A DNA stretch of 64,000 nucleotides, from contig OZ240211.1 of assembly GCA_965197525.1 (NCBI GenBank), positions 1,728,001 through 1,792,000 of the forward strand, in the 5' to 3' direction. Origin of the DNA: Nitrosopumilus sp. Its GTDB lineage: Archaea > Thermoproteota > Nitrososphaeria > Nitrososphaerales > Nitrosopumilaceae. Every line of letters starts with the position of its first letter. Positions within the stretch are counted from its first letter, which is position 1. Below are positions 1 to 9,531 of this stretch, piece by piece. The notes below the pieces were generated by a model, which was not told where the DNA came from, ran no database searches, and worked only from the letters and a program-made list of their open reading frames with translations. Position numbers and translations under genes: made by a program.

Positions 1-312
1 AGTATCTGGCTTTTCAAGATATGGATCAAGTCCATATTTGTCATCAAATATTATATCGCCTATTTCTGTGCTGACCATAGTCGTGTTTGCACCAGAACCA
101 CATGCTTCCATTATCTTGTTTGCACGTCCCCAGAATTTTATTGCTCGAACCATGTTTTTTCCAACACCTAGTTTTACTGTGGTATCCTCACGTTTGAATA
201 TTGAAGGATCGTCTTGTATCTGATCATATGCTTTTTTGAGCCATCCGTATCTGAGATGAAACGATTCGTGGTTTGCAAATGTAGGTTTTGGTATGGCCTC
301 TGTAACTAACAT
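1..312 (-). CDS. sspB: DUF4007 family protein, SspB-like (N-terminal part; runs off the window edge)
   Basis: Not in the ORF track. Manual translation from ATG at 312: MLVTEAIPKPTFANHESFHLRYGWLKKAYDQIQDDPSIFKREDTTVKLGVGKNMVRAIKFWGRANKI...GLDPYLEKPDT. It carries the DUF4007 motifs F-x-x-HE-x-F-x-LRYGWLKK, LGVGKNMVRAI-x-FW and DPYLE. The start abuts the desulfurase stop (TAG-ATG). Confidence 0.85.
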   Translation of the reverse strand, partial: MLVTEAIPKPTFANHESFHLRYGWLKKAYDQIQDDPSIFKREDTTVKLGVGKNMVRAIKFWGRANKIMEACGSGANTTMVSTEIGDIIFDDKYGLDPYLEKPDT

Positions 313-1473
313 CTATCTCAGATTCTCCGTAATCTCTGCCTCTTTTTTTCGTACAAACTCTGCTGCTTGTGCAATGTCTATTGCAGCAGTTTCAATGTCT
401 TTCATCTCCGTATGTCTTCCAACAGATACGCGGATTGATTCGTCTGCTGCAGTACGATCTAGTCCCATTGCGGTAAGTACATGTGATGGTTCCATCGTAT
501 TAGAAGAGCATGCACTTCCTGATGAGATTTCAATATGTTTAGTATTAACAATCACTGCGTCTGATTGTGCACCGTGTATTCTTATACTTGATGTATTTGG
601 AAGGCGTTCTGTATTCTCGCCGTTTATCGTTACATTTGAAATGAGAGATTTTATTCTTGATTCTAAATTATCGCGCAGTACCAACAGTTTTGCTGACTCT
701 TTTGGAATTATCTCGTATGCAATCTGGCATGCCTTGCCGAATCCCACGATTCCAGAAACATTTTGTGTGCCACTGCGCAGGCCTTTTTCCTGTCCTCCCC
801 CATAAATCAACGGAGTCATGCTTTTCCGTATATGACGTGATGCCACAAATGCGCCTACTCCCTTGGGACCATACATCTTGTGGCTACTGCAGGTGGAAAT
901 ATCTATTCCAAGGTCATGAATGTCGACTGGAATCTTACCTGCAGCTTGTGTAATATCGCTGTGAAGTATGGCGCCTGCATCATGGACAATCTTGGATATC
1001 TCCTTTATGGGGTTTATCACTCCGGTCTCGCTGTTTGCAAGCATTATGGATACCACGTCAGTTTCTGGCTCTATCTTTTCGCTTAATACATCAAGGTCTA
1101 TTACTCCATCAGATTTTACGGGAATTACAAATATTTCTGATCCGAATCGTTTCATAAAGTTGCATGGCTCAATGACAGACTTGTGTTCTGTAGCACCATA
1201 TAATATGCGGTGATTGTTTTCTATGTTCAGTCCAATTCCGGCTATTGCCATGTTGTTGGCCTCTGTAGCTCCGGATGTAAAGATGACGTCCTCCTTGTCC
1301 GCACCAATTAATATCGCTAACTTCTCTCTTGCGTCATCTATCAAATCCATTGCGTCCATTCCTGAGTCATGTGTGCTAGATGGGTTTCCAAATTTTTTTT
1401 TGAACACTGGAATCATTTCATCAATTACTCTTTGGTCTACTGGAGTTGTGGAATTGTAATCTAGATATACCAT
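313..1473 (-). CDS. sspA: IscS/NifS-type cysteine desulfurase, probable SspA of a DNA phosphorothioation cluster
   Basis: MVYLDYNSTTP N-terminus (ATG at 1473), FTSGATE, PLP lysine motif SSHKMYGPKG, catalytic Cys in SSGSACSS. The sspA label is inferred from the adjacent DUF4007 gene. Confidence 0.85.
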   Translation of the reverse strand: MVYLDYNSTTPVDQRVIDEMIPVFKKKFGNPSSTHDSGMDAMDLIDDAREKLAILIGADKEDVIFTSGATEANNMAIAGIGLNIENNHRILYGATEHKSVIEPCNFMKRFGSEIFVIPVKSDGVIDLDVLSEKIEPETDVVSIMLANSETGVINPIKEISKIVHDAGAILHSDITQAAGKIPVDIHDLGIDISTCSSHKMYGPKGVGAFVASRHIRKSMTPLIYGGGQEKGLRSGTQNVSGIVGFGKACQIAYEIIPKESAKLLVLRDNLESRIKSLISNVTINGENTERLPNTSSIRIHGAQSDAVIVNTKHIEISSGSACSSNTMEPSHVLTAMGLDRTAADESIRVSVGRHTEMKDIETAAIDIAQAAEFVRKKEAEITENLR

Positions 1474-1876
1474 TACATATGTTCTAAACCCGTCACAATT
1501 AAAGTATTTGAGATTTTCAGCTAAGCAAAATATACTTTGATTTAGGCCAAATCTGACAAGAATGAAGCAGATCAGTAAGGGTACGACCCTCCTGGTTTTT
1601 GTTGTCGAGACATAAAACCAAGCCGGGCCGTGACCTATCGAACAATTCCGAAATATATACGGTCTCGTATTTTTATCACGTTTTTTACTCATTAAGCCAG
1701 CGCGAGATCCGTGATCTTTAAGTTTTTCACTGATTTTGAATCAAAAATTTGGACAACGCCATCCAAAGCAACTGAAAAGTAGTTGTCTGGATCAATTTCT
1801 GATCTTTACTCTTCTTGGTTCCAGCTCTAAATGTCAAGATTTGAACACTTGATTCTTGTTTCAAGTCTTATGAACT

Positions 1877-2386
1877 TTATTTGGTTGGCATGGTATGCAA
1901 CACATCCTTGTTGATTCGCCTCATGGTAAACGGCAACGAGTCAAACCAAGGATCTTCGTTTATGAACAGTTCTGCCGTGTTCAGTACGGCATTCAAATCT
2001 GCACGACATCCCCAGACATATCTATCCCAACCTCGTCCGTAGGCTATAGGCACGTCGGCATACCATAGGTCCGGTTCGAATCGAAGGAACTGGAGTAGTT
2101 CGTGTGTTTTCAAATTATTAAACCCTATGAAATGGTTGTCCTCCCCGCATCCGAGAGACTCCATCTCCGCTTTTGCCTTGGGAAAGTCGACGGGCTCGTT
2201 TTTTACACTTGTTTGCCCATCCTGCTTGAAGTAGACGATCCCGTGTTCAGTCGCTGCCTGTTCTTGGTCTTGGACGGTTACTTCCTTGGACTTTTCATAC
2301 CAGACGCGCTGTTGGGGTTTTTCATCTTCAAACTGAAGTCCGGAAGCTTTGAGCGTGGGCATGGAAATTATTCTGGTGGAATTCAT
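1877..2386 (-). CDS. hypothetical protein
   Basis: 169-aa ORF with protein-like composition and no recognised motif; lies in the accessory island. Confidence 0.6.
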   Translation of the reverse strand: MNSTRIISMPTLKASGLQFEDEKPQQRVWYEKSKEVTVQDQEQAATEHGIVYFKQDGQTSVKNEPVDFPKAKAEMESLGCGEDNHFIGFNNLKTHELLQFLRFEPDLWYADVPIAYGRGWDRYVWGCRADLNAVLNTAELFINEDPWFDSLPFTMRRINKDVLHTMPTK

Positions 2387-2458
2387 TTAAAGTTTACGAG
2401 GTATGGGGTGTTGATTATCTGGACACGTCAGTGTTCTGATGTTACTTTACCGCCGAGA

Positions 2459-2970
2459 TTAATCCTTATCATGTTCATTTATCTTATCATAAAGCGGTTT
2501 CATTCTCGCGTACTCCTGCTCTCCAACGTACGAGAGGAATTCTTCATCGTCTAGGTGCTGCTCCATCTCTTCTGGGGTATTGATCATGTTGGAGACGGCG
2601 TATATATCCTTCCAAAGATCTCCATTACCAGCGGGCTGTTTACAGACATTGCCACGAACAGCTCCTCGGCACGCATGGATGAAAAGATCTCGGAATTCTC
2701 TACAAGTGTTTTTCTGTGCCGGTCCACACTCTCTTTGATGTCCCACAGATCTATGACTACCTTGTCTTGCATCTTCTGCGGATCCGGGTCTATCAAAGTG
2801 TAATGTTTTCCCAACTTGCCTGAAACCTCGTCAAACTCGTACATGGAGACCATCTCTTTGATTTTGAAACCCATGGAAATCATGCTCATAGTTCCAATTC
2901 CTTGGATTTAAGTCATGAGATGTACAAGAGCTCTCAGATCCAACTGATTCAACATCTCATTTAGTTCCAT
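2459..2970 (-). pseudogene. disrupted hypothetical gene (in-frame TAA plus 1-nt frameshift)
   Basis: ATG at 2970 reads MELNEMLNQLDLRALVHLMT*IQGIGT into ORF 2584-2889. Near 2610 the reading shifts into ORF 2459-2746 (..MEIFG/KDIYAVSNMINTPEE..). Confidence 0.5.
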
Positions 2971-3037
2971 CAACCCAAGTTTTGTGCTACAGACACATTT
3001 CTATTCCTTATATGTAACTACAATACACAATTACGAA

Positions 3038-3295
3038 ATGGCAAAAGCCTTTGGCTACCTTGAAACGTTAGATGATGGTGAAATAAGAATGCGTCAAAAA
3101 CATTTTGCAAAGGCACTCAAGACATCAGATGAAAGCAAGCAAATAACAGTTGAATACTATGGTGGATGCGAGGAGCTTGTGAACCTGTCGGACGATCTGA
3201 ACATTGTTTCTGATGTTACTGTCGCAGCTGATGAATTGGAAATGGATGACGGGAAGATGCACGAGGATGAGATTTATGCGGGGGAAAGAAGATGA
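3038..3295 (+). CDS. small acidic hypothetical protein
   Basis: ORF 2984-3295 with a likely ATG at 3038 (MAKAFGYLETLDDGEIR); acidic C-terminus. Confidence 0.5.
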   Translation: MAKAFGYLETLDDGEIRMRQKHFAKALKTSDESKQITVEYYGGCEELVNLSDDLNIVSDVTVAADELEMDDGKMHEDEIYAGERR

Positions 3296-3382
3296 TGATA
3301 CCAAGTTACAGTTGTAGTATGCAATACTCAAACAGTCACTTGCATTTAGCTTCTAAAAGTTTGTAATCAATCACATAACATT

Positions 3383-4810
3383 TGTGGGATCCCGAAAGTA
3401 GTTCGCCCCTCTTCAAAACTTGGAGATGTTTGCATGTATGATGTTCTAGAGTGTTGTATAACTCTCTTGCGCTAAATTCCACTATACAATTCATGAATTT
3501 TATTCATTTCCACTCCACGCATGGCAACTATTCAAAAAATTATGTATAGTATCCACTAAGGATAACATCTGTTTTGATATCATAATGTTACTCTACACTG
3601 TACTCTTGACCTGTTTGACTATCTGTCACCGTCTTGCCAGCAGGTGGCATCTTTCTCTTAAATGCCTGTACCGGAGTCTCTAGATTGTCCCAGTCAAGTG
3701 ACATATGCGGTCTGTTGTAGTTGTACCATTCCATGAACCGTTCCACGGGATCCTTTGCAGATGCGGTGTAAAACGGTCCTCCTACACTAGAGTTCTCTGT
3801 TGTACCACGTCGAGTCTTGCCAGCTGAGGCACCTTCAAAGTGGCCTAGTTTGCGCTGTATCTCTCCGTGCAGACGTTCTAGTTTACCATTTGTCTGTGGA
3901 TGTCGTACACGTGCCAATATGTGTTTGATGTCAAGTTCCACCAGTCTTTGTTCAAATTTGGAGGCACCCTTCTTCTTGGCCTCAGACTCTGTGGCATAGA
4001 ACTGGGTACCGCGATCTGTCAGGATTGATGCAGGCTTGCCGTGATTTTTTATGGCCTCATCAAGTACCTTTAGGGCGTTTTCTGTAGTTGCCTCTGCAAA
4101 TACCCCAAAACCAGTCACAAAACGTGAAGCGTCATCCTGGTAACATATGAGCCATCTGCCATCGTCAAGCTGTTTGAAATCAGTATGCCACAGGGAATTG
4201 GAGTAAGTTCGTTCCCACCTAACCCACTTGCGCCTCTTGCTCTTGTTTGGACTGGCATCTACATAATCTGCATCTTTCAATACTTTGTGTATAAAGTTGT
4301 GCGCAATATACATTCCTACAGATGATCTTATGACGCGCTCCAAGGTTGCAGCTCCTCGAATCTCGTTTGCTATTGCTGAGAGAATCACAGAGTGTTCTAG
4401 TCGTCCGGGCGCACTCTTTTTGGGTCTTCCCATTGGGGCAGGATACACTATCTTGTCTGCATCTTTGTATCTCTTGTGCAGCTTTTGAACCCATCTGACA
4501 GAGACGTTCATCTTTGCTGCAATCTCTCTGTTACTGGCAGTATTCTTGCGTTTTTCTCTGATAATCCATTCCACTTTGGACAAGTCAAGTTTTTTCATTA
4601 CTCGTACTCTCCGTCTTCCTATATAACGCCACACAGTAGAGCGTCTCCATCTGCGGACCCACACACCGCTGTTTCCAGTAATGGACAAGTTGACTGTGTC
4701 TTTCATAGATTTTACATGGGATGCCATGCCGCTGAAAAAATCGGTCATGGAACACGCCCACCTAGGCTATGAGCCTGATGTGAGGGGTGAACTACTTTCG
4801 GGACAATACA
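3383..4810 (-). mobile_element. IS481-family insertion sequence, intact, 29-bp TIRs, 15-bp TSD
   Basis: Left IR TGTGGGATCCCGAAAGTAGTTCGCCCCTC (3383-3411); reverse complement of right IR TGTATTGTCCCGAAAGTAGTTCACCCCTC (4782-4810). TGT...ACA ends. Identical CAATCACATAACATT at 3368-3382 and 4811-4825. Confidence 0.92.
3588..4598 (-). CDS. IS481-family DDE (rve) transposase
   Basis: N-terminal HTH (EIAAKMNVSVRWVQKL). DDE triad in WHTDFK, ILTDRGTQF and NGKLERLH. Probable ATG at 4598; an in-frame ATG also exists at 4748. Confidence 0.92.
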   Translation of the reverse strand: MKKLDLSKVEWIIREKRKNTASNREIAAKMNVSVRWVQKLHKRYKDADKIVYPAPMGRPKKSAPGRLEHSVILSAIANEIRGAATLERVIRSSVGMYIAHNFIHKVLKDADYVDASPNKSKRRKWVRWERTYSNSLWHTDFKQLDDGRWLICYQDDASRFVTGFGVFAEATTENALKVLDEAIKNHGKPASILTDRGTQFYATESEAKKKGASKFEQRLVELDIKHILARVRHPQTNGKLERLHGEIQRKLGHFEGASAGKTRRGTTENSSVGGPFYTASAKDPVERFMEWYNYNRPHMSLDWDNLETPVQAFKRKMPPAGKTVTDSQTGQEYSVE

Positions 4811-4941
4811 CAATCACATAACATTTAATCATCTTATATTGCATCAAATCTCTGATTATCTTGCTTGTTACGTGCTCTGTATTCATTCCAAAACAATAAT
4901 TATTCCTAATACGCCTGTTATCCTGCTATTATTATTATTGG

Positions 4942-5433
4942 TCACCCAATCTTGCAACAACTCTTACTTTGCAACCCTCTTGTAATCCAATAGATTGAAA
5001 AAATCAAGACACCAACTGAAATGAACTTTAACTCTAACCCCTGCATAGGAAATAACGATAAACCTCCTACTGCACCTAAAATTACTGCTAGAGGTGCAGT
5101 GCATGCAGGACATCCTGGAGTAAAGGCTGCAAACGCTCCCCCTAACACCGCTGACGAGTTTGATTTTACAGAGTTCATCATCTTTACTCTTTTTATCTTA
5201 AATGCCATCATTGCAAAATTAATTCCGGCAAGTGCTGAGATTGCAATCGTTAGCCCAATTGACGTAGCAATATACCATGGTGCCATCTCTGACACCACAC
5301 CAAAATGTGTTGGCAGCATTGACATTGTCAAATAATAGTAGATTATTCCCAGTCCTACACTGCTAACTATTGCAATACTTGCATATTTTTTGATGGTTAA
5401 CACGTTTGAGACTAGCTGTAATTTGCTTACCAT
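4942..5433 (-). CDS. membrane protein with CxxC motif
   Basis: About 4 hydrophobic segments; PGCPACTAP motif. Confidence 0.75.
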   Translation of the reverse strand: MVSKLQLVSNVLTIKKYASIAIVSSVGLGIIYYYLTMSMLPTHFGVVSEMAPWYIATSIGLTIAISALAGINFAMMAFKIKRVKMMNSVKSNSSAVLGGAFAAFTPGCPACTAPLAVILGAVGGLSLFPMQGLELKFISVGVLIFSIYWITRGLQSKSCCKIG

Positions 5434-5517
5434 GTAACAGTTATTGGAATTTATTGTATTTTAACTATCTTACCATCATTATCAAAGATTATTATTCGTA
5501 GACTTGTAATGATACAT

Positions 5518-5769
5518 ATGAGTGATTTCACACTAGTTGAAAAAACGATACTTGTCCAATATGCTATAAAAAAATACGAAGACGAGCAACTAGTCATCCA
5601 AAAACTTGCCTCCATACTATCTGAAAAAGACATTCAAAGAAACATCGACACTCTCATTGGCACACAACGCGTTAGACGAATCGGCCCTGAAATTCTTCAA
5701 AACAACGAAAGTCACACTGAACTACCAGAACTACCAGATAATCTCAAATCTATCATTGATGCCATTTAG
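5518..5769 (+). CDS. small hypothetical protein (winged-helix-like)
   Basis: ORF 5509-5769, likely start MSDFTLVEK. Confidence 0.7.
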   Translation: MSDFTLVEKTILVQYAIKKYEDEQLVIQKLASILSEKDIQRNIDTLIGTQRVRRIGPEILQNNESHTELPELPDNLKSIIDAI

Positions 5770-5917
5770 CCTCCTGTTCTTTACGTGGATCATATCGTCT
5801 TCTAACCTGCCTTTACTCTGCGATTAACTGCAAATCCATATTTTTGTATGTACAATAAAATCTAAATCTGCTAGTAATGTACATACTATCACACCAATTA
5901 TTTTATTCGTTCCATGT

Positions 5918-6799
5918 TTAGAATCCGCGTAATCCTTGGGGACGTACAACTTCTGGATGCTGTCTCATCCAATCTACCTTTGCAAGCATTGCCTGTTTGT
6001 CTTGGGGGAATGTTCCCTTTATTGTATATGCGTTTGAGCCATGATTTACCCTAAAAATAATCTCATTACTGGTCTCGATTTGATCAACTAAATCATACAA
6101 CTCTTCTAATGATTCATCATCATTGATTCTCTCAAACTGTCCCTGATATTTTTCAAGAAATTCTTCTTTTATCCCATTCTCAAGGTATAGTGTTAATGCA
6201 CCAACATAGTTAGGCGAACATGCGCTGATTACTTGGGCTGTTCCCTTTATGTGATCTTTTGAATATTTTTTACCACCTAGTCCCAAAATTACCATACATG
6301 ACATAATGTATCCTGCATCCTTTGCCTTGTTGACTGATTTAATGATGGTTTTTGCAACAGCGCCCTTTGTTACTTTTTTTAAGACAGTATCAGAGCCGCT
6401 CTCAATCCCTAAATAAAACATGTCAAGCCCCGCCTGATTCATCTTTTTTAACTCGTCAGGTGTCTTTTTTAGAATGTTCATGGGCATGGCATAACATGAG
6501 ATTCGTTGAATGTTTGCAAACTTTTCTTTGATGTATCTTACAATCTTTATCATATATTCAGAATCTAAATTCAACGCATCTCCGTCTGCAAGAAAAACGC
6601 GTTCTGTTTCTGGCATATATTTTGCCATCATATCAATCTCTGATTTTACCTCGTCCCACGATCTTTCAGAATATTCTTTGGAACGATACATGTCACAAAA
6701 GGAACATTCGTTAAATGAACAACCCAGCGTAACCTGAAATATCAGCGATTTGGCCTCTGATGGCGGTCTATACAGCGGAGCGTCATAATTTAACATCAT
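5918..6799 (-). CDS. radical SAM protein
   Basis: CxxxCxxC motif (CSFNECSFC); FLADGDA and GIESGSD segments. Confidence 0.9.
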   Translation of the reverse strand: MMLNYDAPLYRPPSEAKSLIFQVTLGCSFNECSFCDMYRSKEYSERSWDEVKSEIDMMAKYMPETERVFLADGDALNLDSEYMIKIVRYIKEKFANIQRISCYAMPMNILKKTPDELKKMNQAGLDMFYLGIESGSDTVLKKVTKGAVAKTIIKSVNKAKDAGYIMSCMVILGLGGKKYSKDHIKGTAQVISACSPNYVGALTLYLENGIKEEFLEKYQGQFERINDDESLEELYDLVDQIETSNEIIFRVNHGSNAYTIKGTFPQDKQAMLAKVDWMRQHPEVVRPQGLRGF

Positions 6800-7274
6800 C
6801 TAACTTGAATAGTTTTTACCATCTTTTTTATACTTTGCATTGCCATACACGTTTCCTATCCTCTAAATTGAATCACGTTTTAAGTGCAGTTATATCACTA
6901 CTATTATTCAGGTAGAACTCCTGATACAGGTCTTATTGGAAGGTGGATTTGTCAGTGATACTATTCTGTTAGAAACAACAAGTCATATCAAAAAACAAAA
7001 ACAAAAACAAAAAAAAAAACAACTTTGAACACAAATACCAAATGATACCATAGGGTTGTAACGGATTGGAACTTGATTGAGACATGATGTCTACTGAACG
7101 TGTATGTTTATAGAGTTGTTGAATCTGTATGTGTTTACATATTTTTAATCATGCGTTCATTTCAGGGATTTTCAACTACGGTTTGTGACATTTATCCAAC
7201 TCTGATCATAATTCCAATACATGTATCTTTGTAATACGTAAAAATACCACATCATTTTTAACAAACTGGTTCTA

Positions 7275-8024
7275 ATGATTCACATGCATGCCATAGACAT
7301 CGAAAACTTATCTGGGAGATATGAGGGCGGTTCTCCACTACCTGTATTTGAAGATCTAAATCTACAGATAAACAGTGGCGAGTTCGTTTGTTTGACTGGT
7401 CCAAGCGGTTGTGGTAAATCAACTCTGATACGCATGATATGTGGTTTTTTAAAACCAGATAGTGGTACAATATACTCATACGGCAAACAGATTAGCGAAC
7501 CTACACCCACATGTGTGATGGTGTTCCAAGAAGACTCTACATTCCCGTGGATGACTGTGCGTGAAAATGTGGAATTTGGCCTCAAGATGGCAAAAATTCC
7601 TGCTGAAAAAAGACACGAGATTGCCAGCATGTATTTGAATATGGTAAATATGCACATGTATGCTGATCAATACGTCAAAAAACTATCAGTTGGCCAACGA
7701 CAACGCGTATCCATAGCAAGGGCTCTTGCACTAGACCCTAACATGTTACTTATGGATGAACCCTTCTCTGCCTTGGATGCAAAAACAAAGGGTGAGCTCA
7801 TGTTTGAACTTCAGATGATTTGGCAAAAAACGAAAAAGACAATCTTGTTTGTTACACATGATCCTCTAGAAGCTGCTACTTTGGGTACTAGGATTCTTCG
7901 CTTCACTGCACGTCCAGGCAAGATAGTCGAAGACATCCCAAATGACTTGCCTATGCCGCGTACACCTGATGCCAAAGAAGTTATTGCCATGGCCACCCAT
8001 ATAAAAAAAGGAATTACAAGATGA
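7275..8024 (+). CDS. ABC transporter ATP-binding subunit (TauB/SsuB/NrtD-like)
   Basis: Walker A GPSGCGKST, Q-loop VFQE, signature LSVGQRQR, Walker B LLMDEPFSALD, H-loop FVTHD. Confidence 0.9.
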   Translation: MIHMHAIDIENLSGRYEGGSPLPVFEDLNLQINSGEFVCLTGPSGCGKSTLIRMICGFLKPDSGTIYSYGKQISEPTPTCVMVFQEDSTFPWMTVRENVEFGLKMAKIPAEKRHEIASMYLNMVNMHMYADQYVKKLSVGQRQRVSIARALALDPNMLLMDEPFSALDAKTKGELMFELQMIWQKTKKTILFVTHDPLEAATLGTRILRFTARPGKIVEDIPNDLPMPRTPDAKEVIAMATHIKKGITR

Positions 8025-8336
8025 TGATGATGATGATGAGTAAACACAATACACAATATACCAAATATGTACTAGTGTTACAAATCTCCAAAAATTCGTG
8101 AAAAGAAAAATACATTCTAGTTGTGACTTGATAATAGATGTAGAATCTAGGGCGTTTACCTTTCTGAATGAGAGAGGGAAGGAGGGATGGGATGTATCTA
8201 GTTTACTATATTCTTATCATACTCGTCGTATCTTATTACTCATCTCAGCACCGAACATTATACTGGAACACCGTACAGCTTTTTTGTATGAAACGCCGTA
8301 CTATTTTATACTAAAAACGTGTATAGCTTGTATCTT

Positions 8337-8639
8337 ATGCCAAATGATCCATATGCTAAAAAACTTCTATGGTTTGTGTTTGCAGGTTCACGAGGTGGAC
8401 TAAATCGATTAAAGATTGTCTCTCACTTGCAAACAAATCCTTCAAACATCAACCAACTAGCAAACAAGATGAATCTTGATTATAAGGGAATCCAGCATCA
8501 TGTTAGAGTGCTTGAAAAAAATAATCTGATAACCAAAGTTGGAGCAAAGTACGCAGTCACATATTTTATCTCTGCTTTTCTTGACATCAACATGGAATCA
8601 TTTGAAGAGATTAAAACCAAGTTGGATAAAAGTACATAA
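8337..8639 (+). CDS. ArsR-like winged-helix transcriptional regulator
   Basis: GSRGGLNRLKI...NINQLANKMNLDYKGIQHHVRVLEKNNLI helix-turn-helix pattern. Confidence 0.85.
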   Translation: MPNDPYAKKLLWFVFAGSRGGLNRLKIVSHLQTNPSNINQLANKMNLDYKGIQHHVRVLEKNNLITKVGAKYAVTYFISAFLDINMESFEEIKTKLDKST

Positions 8640-8664
8640 AAGATTAGACGCATTTTATACTAAT

Positions 8665-8949
8665 ATGGAAGCTACTTCTCTTGTGCTGTCTCTTGTATCA
8701 ATTGCAAATATGAGCATATTGGGAATTTTGATTGCCATATTTGGAAAGATGTATGGTAAAACCAAAGCACAGCTTCCACTAGGCATGATTGTTGTTGCAG
8801 GAATGCTGCTACTTCATAATGTTATTGGCGCATTAGCATATTTCTCAATGGAGGAGATCTTCTCTCATGACATATTCCCATACATGTTAGGGGTTGGAAT
8901 TGCTGAGTTGGCAGGCCTGATAATATTCCTTAAAATCACATTAGACTAG
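8665..8949 (+). CDS. small 3-TM membrane protein
   Basis: ATG at 8665 (MEATSLVLSLVS); three hydrophobic helices; follows the ArsR-like gene. Confidence 0.75.
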   Translation: MEATSLVLSLVSIANMSILGILIAIFGKMYGKTKAQLPLGMIVVAGMLLLHNVIGALAYFSMEEIFSHDIFPYMLGVGIAELAGLIIFLKITLD

Positions 8950-9122
8950 TTACTGCATTCATTACGAGTGGGGGGCATGCAACTGTAATCCGACTGAATC
9001 CATTTTCCCAAGGTCTGCTCAAAACATCTAACAAAAATTCAAAATAATAATAGTAATAATGGCAAATCCATCTGTGATGCCCTGCATACCTTAAATTAAC
9101 CGTACACCCAAAATCATCTAAC

Positions 9123-9482
9123 ATGACACTTACCATTTACGTTGATGGTTCTGGCGGTCCTAGCAGCGGATATGGCTATTTCATAAAAGAGACCAATGAT
9201 TCATTTTATGAAAAGAAACCGGATCTTACAAACAATCAGGCAGAATACCACGCTATAATATCTGCACTAAAAGAATATTCAGGTTCAAAAGACAATGTCA
9301 TAATTTACAGCGACTCTAAAATCGTAGTCAATCAGCTAAATCACGAGTTTGCAATAAATAACGACACACTTCGCAGATTGGCGCAGGAAGCTTGGGCTAT
9401 CATGAATACATACTCTTCTTCTATTACCATAAAATGGATTCGGCGAAACGAGAACTTGGCAGGAAAGATGCTTGGAAGTTGA
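9123..9482 (+). CDS. rnhA: ribonuclease HI
   Basis: IYVDGSG, TNNQAEYHA, IYSDSKIVVNQ and WIRRNEN motifs. Confidence 0.9.
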   Translation: MTLTIYVDGSGGPSSGYGYFIKETNDSFYEKKPDLTNNQAEYHAIISALKEYSGSKDNVIIYSDSKIVVNQLNHEFAINNDTLRRLAQEAWAIMNTYSSSITIKWIRRNENLAGKMLGS

Positions 9483-9531
9483 CCCAACTATAGATAATAA
9501 CTTTATTATGTAAAATTTATCAAATACCTGT

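Noticed and set aside
1474-1692. 73-aa N-terminal extension of the cysteine desulfurase in the ORF track
   Set aside because: The family N-terminus (MVYLDYNSTTP) begins at 1473; the upstream part is not desulfurase-like and is probably promoter DNA.
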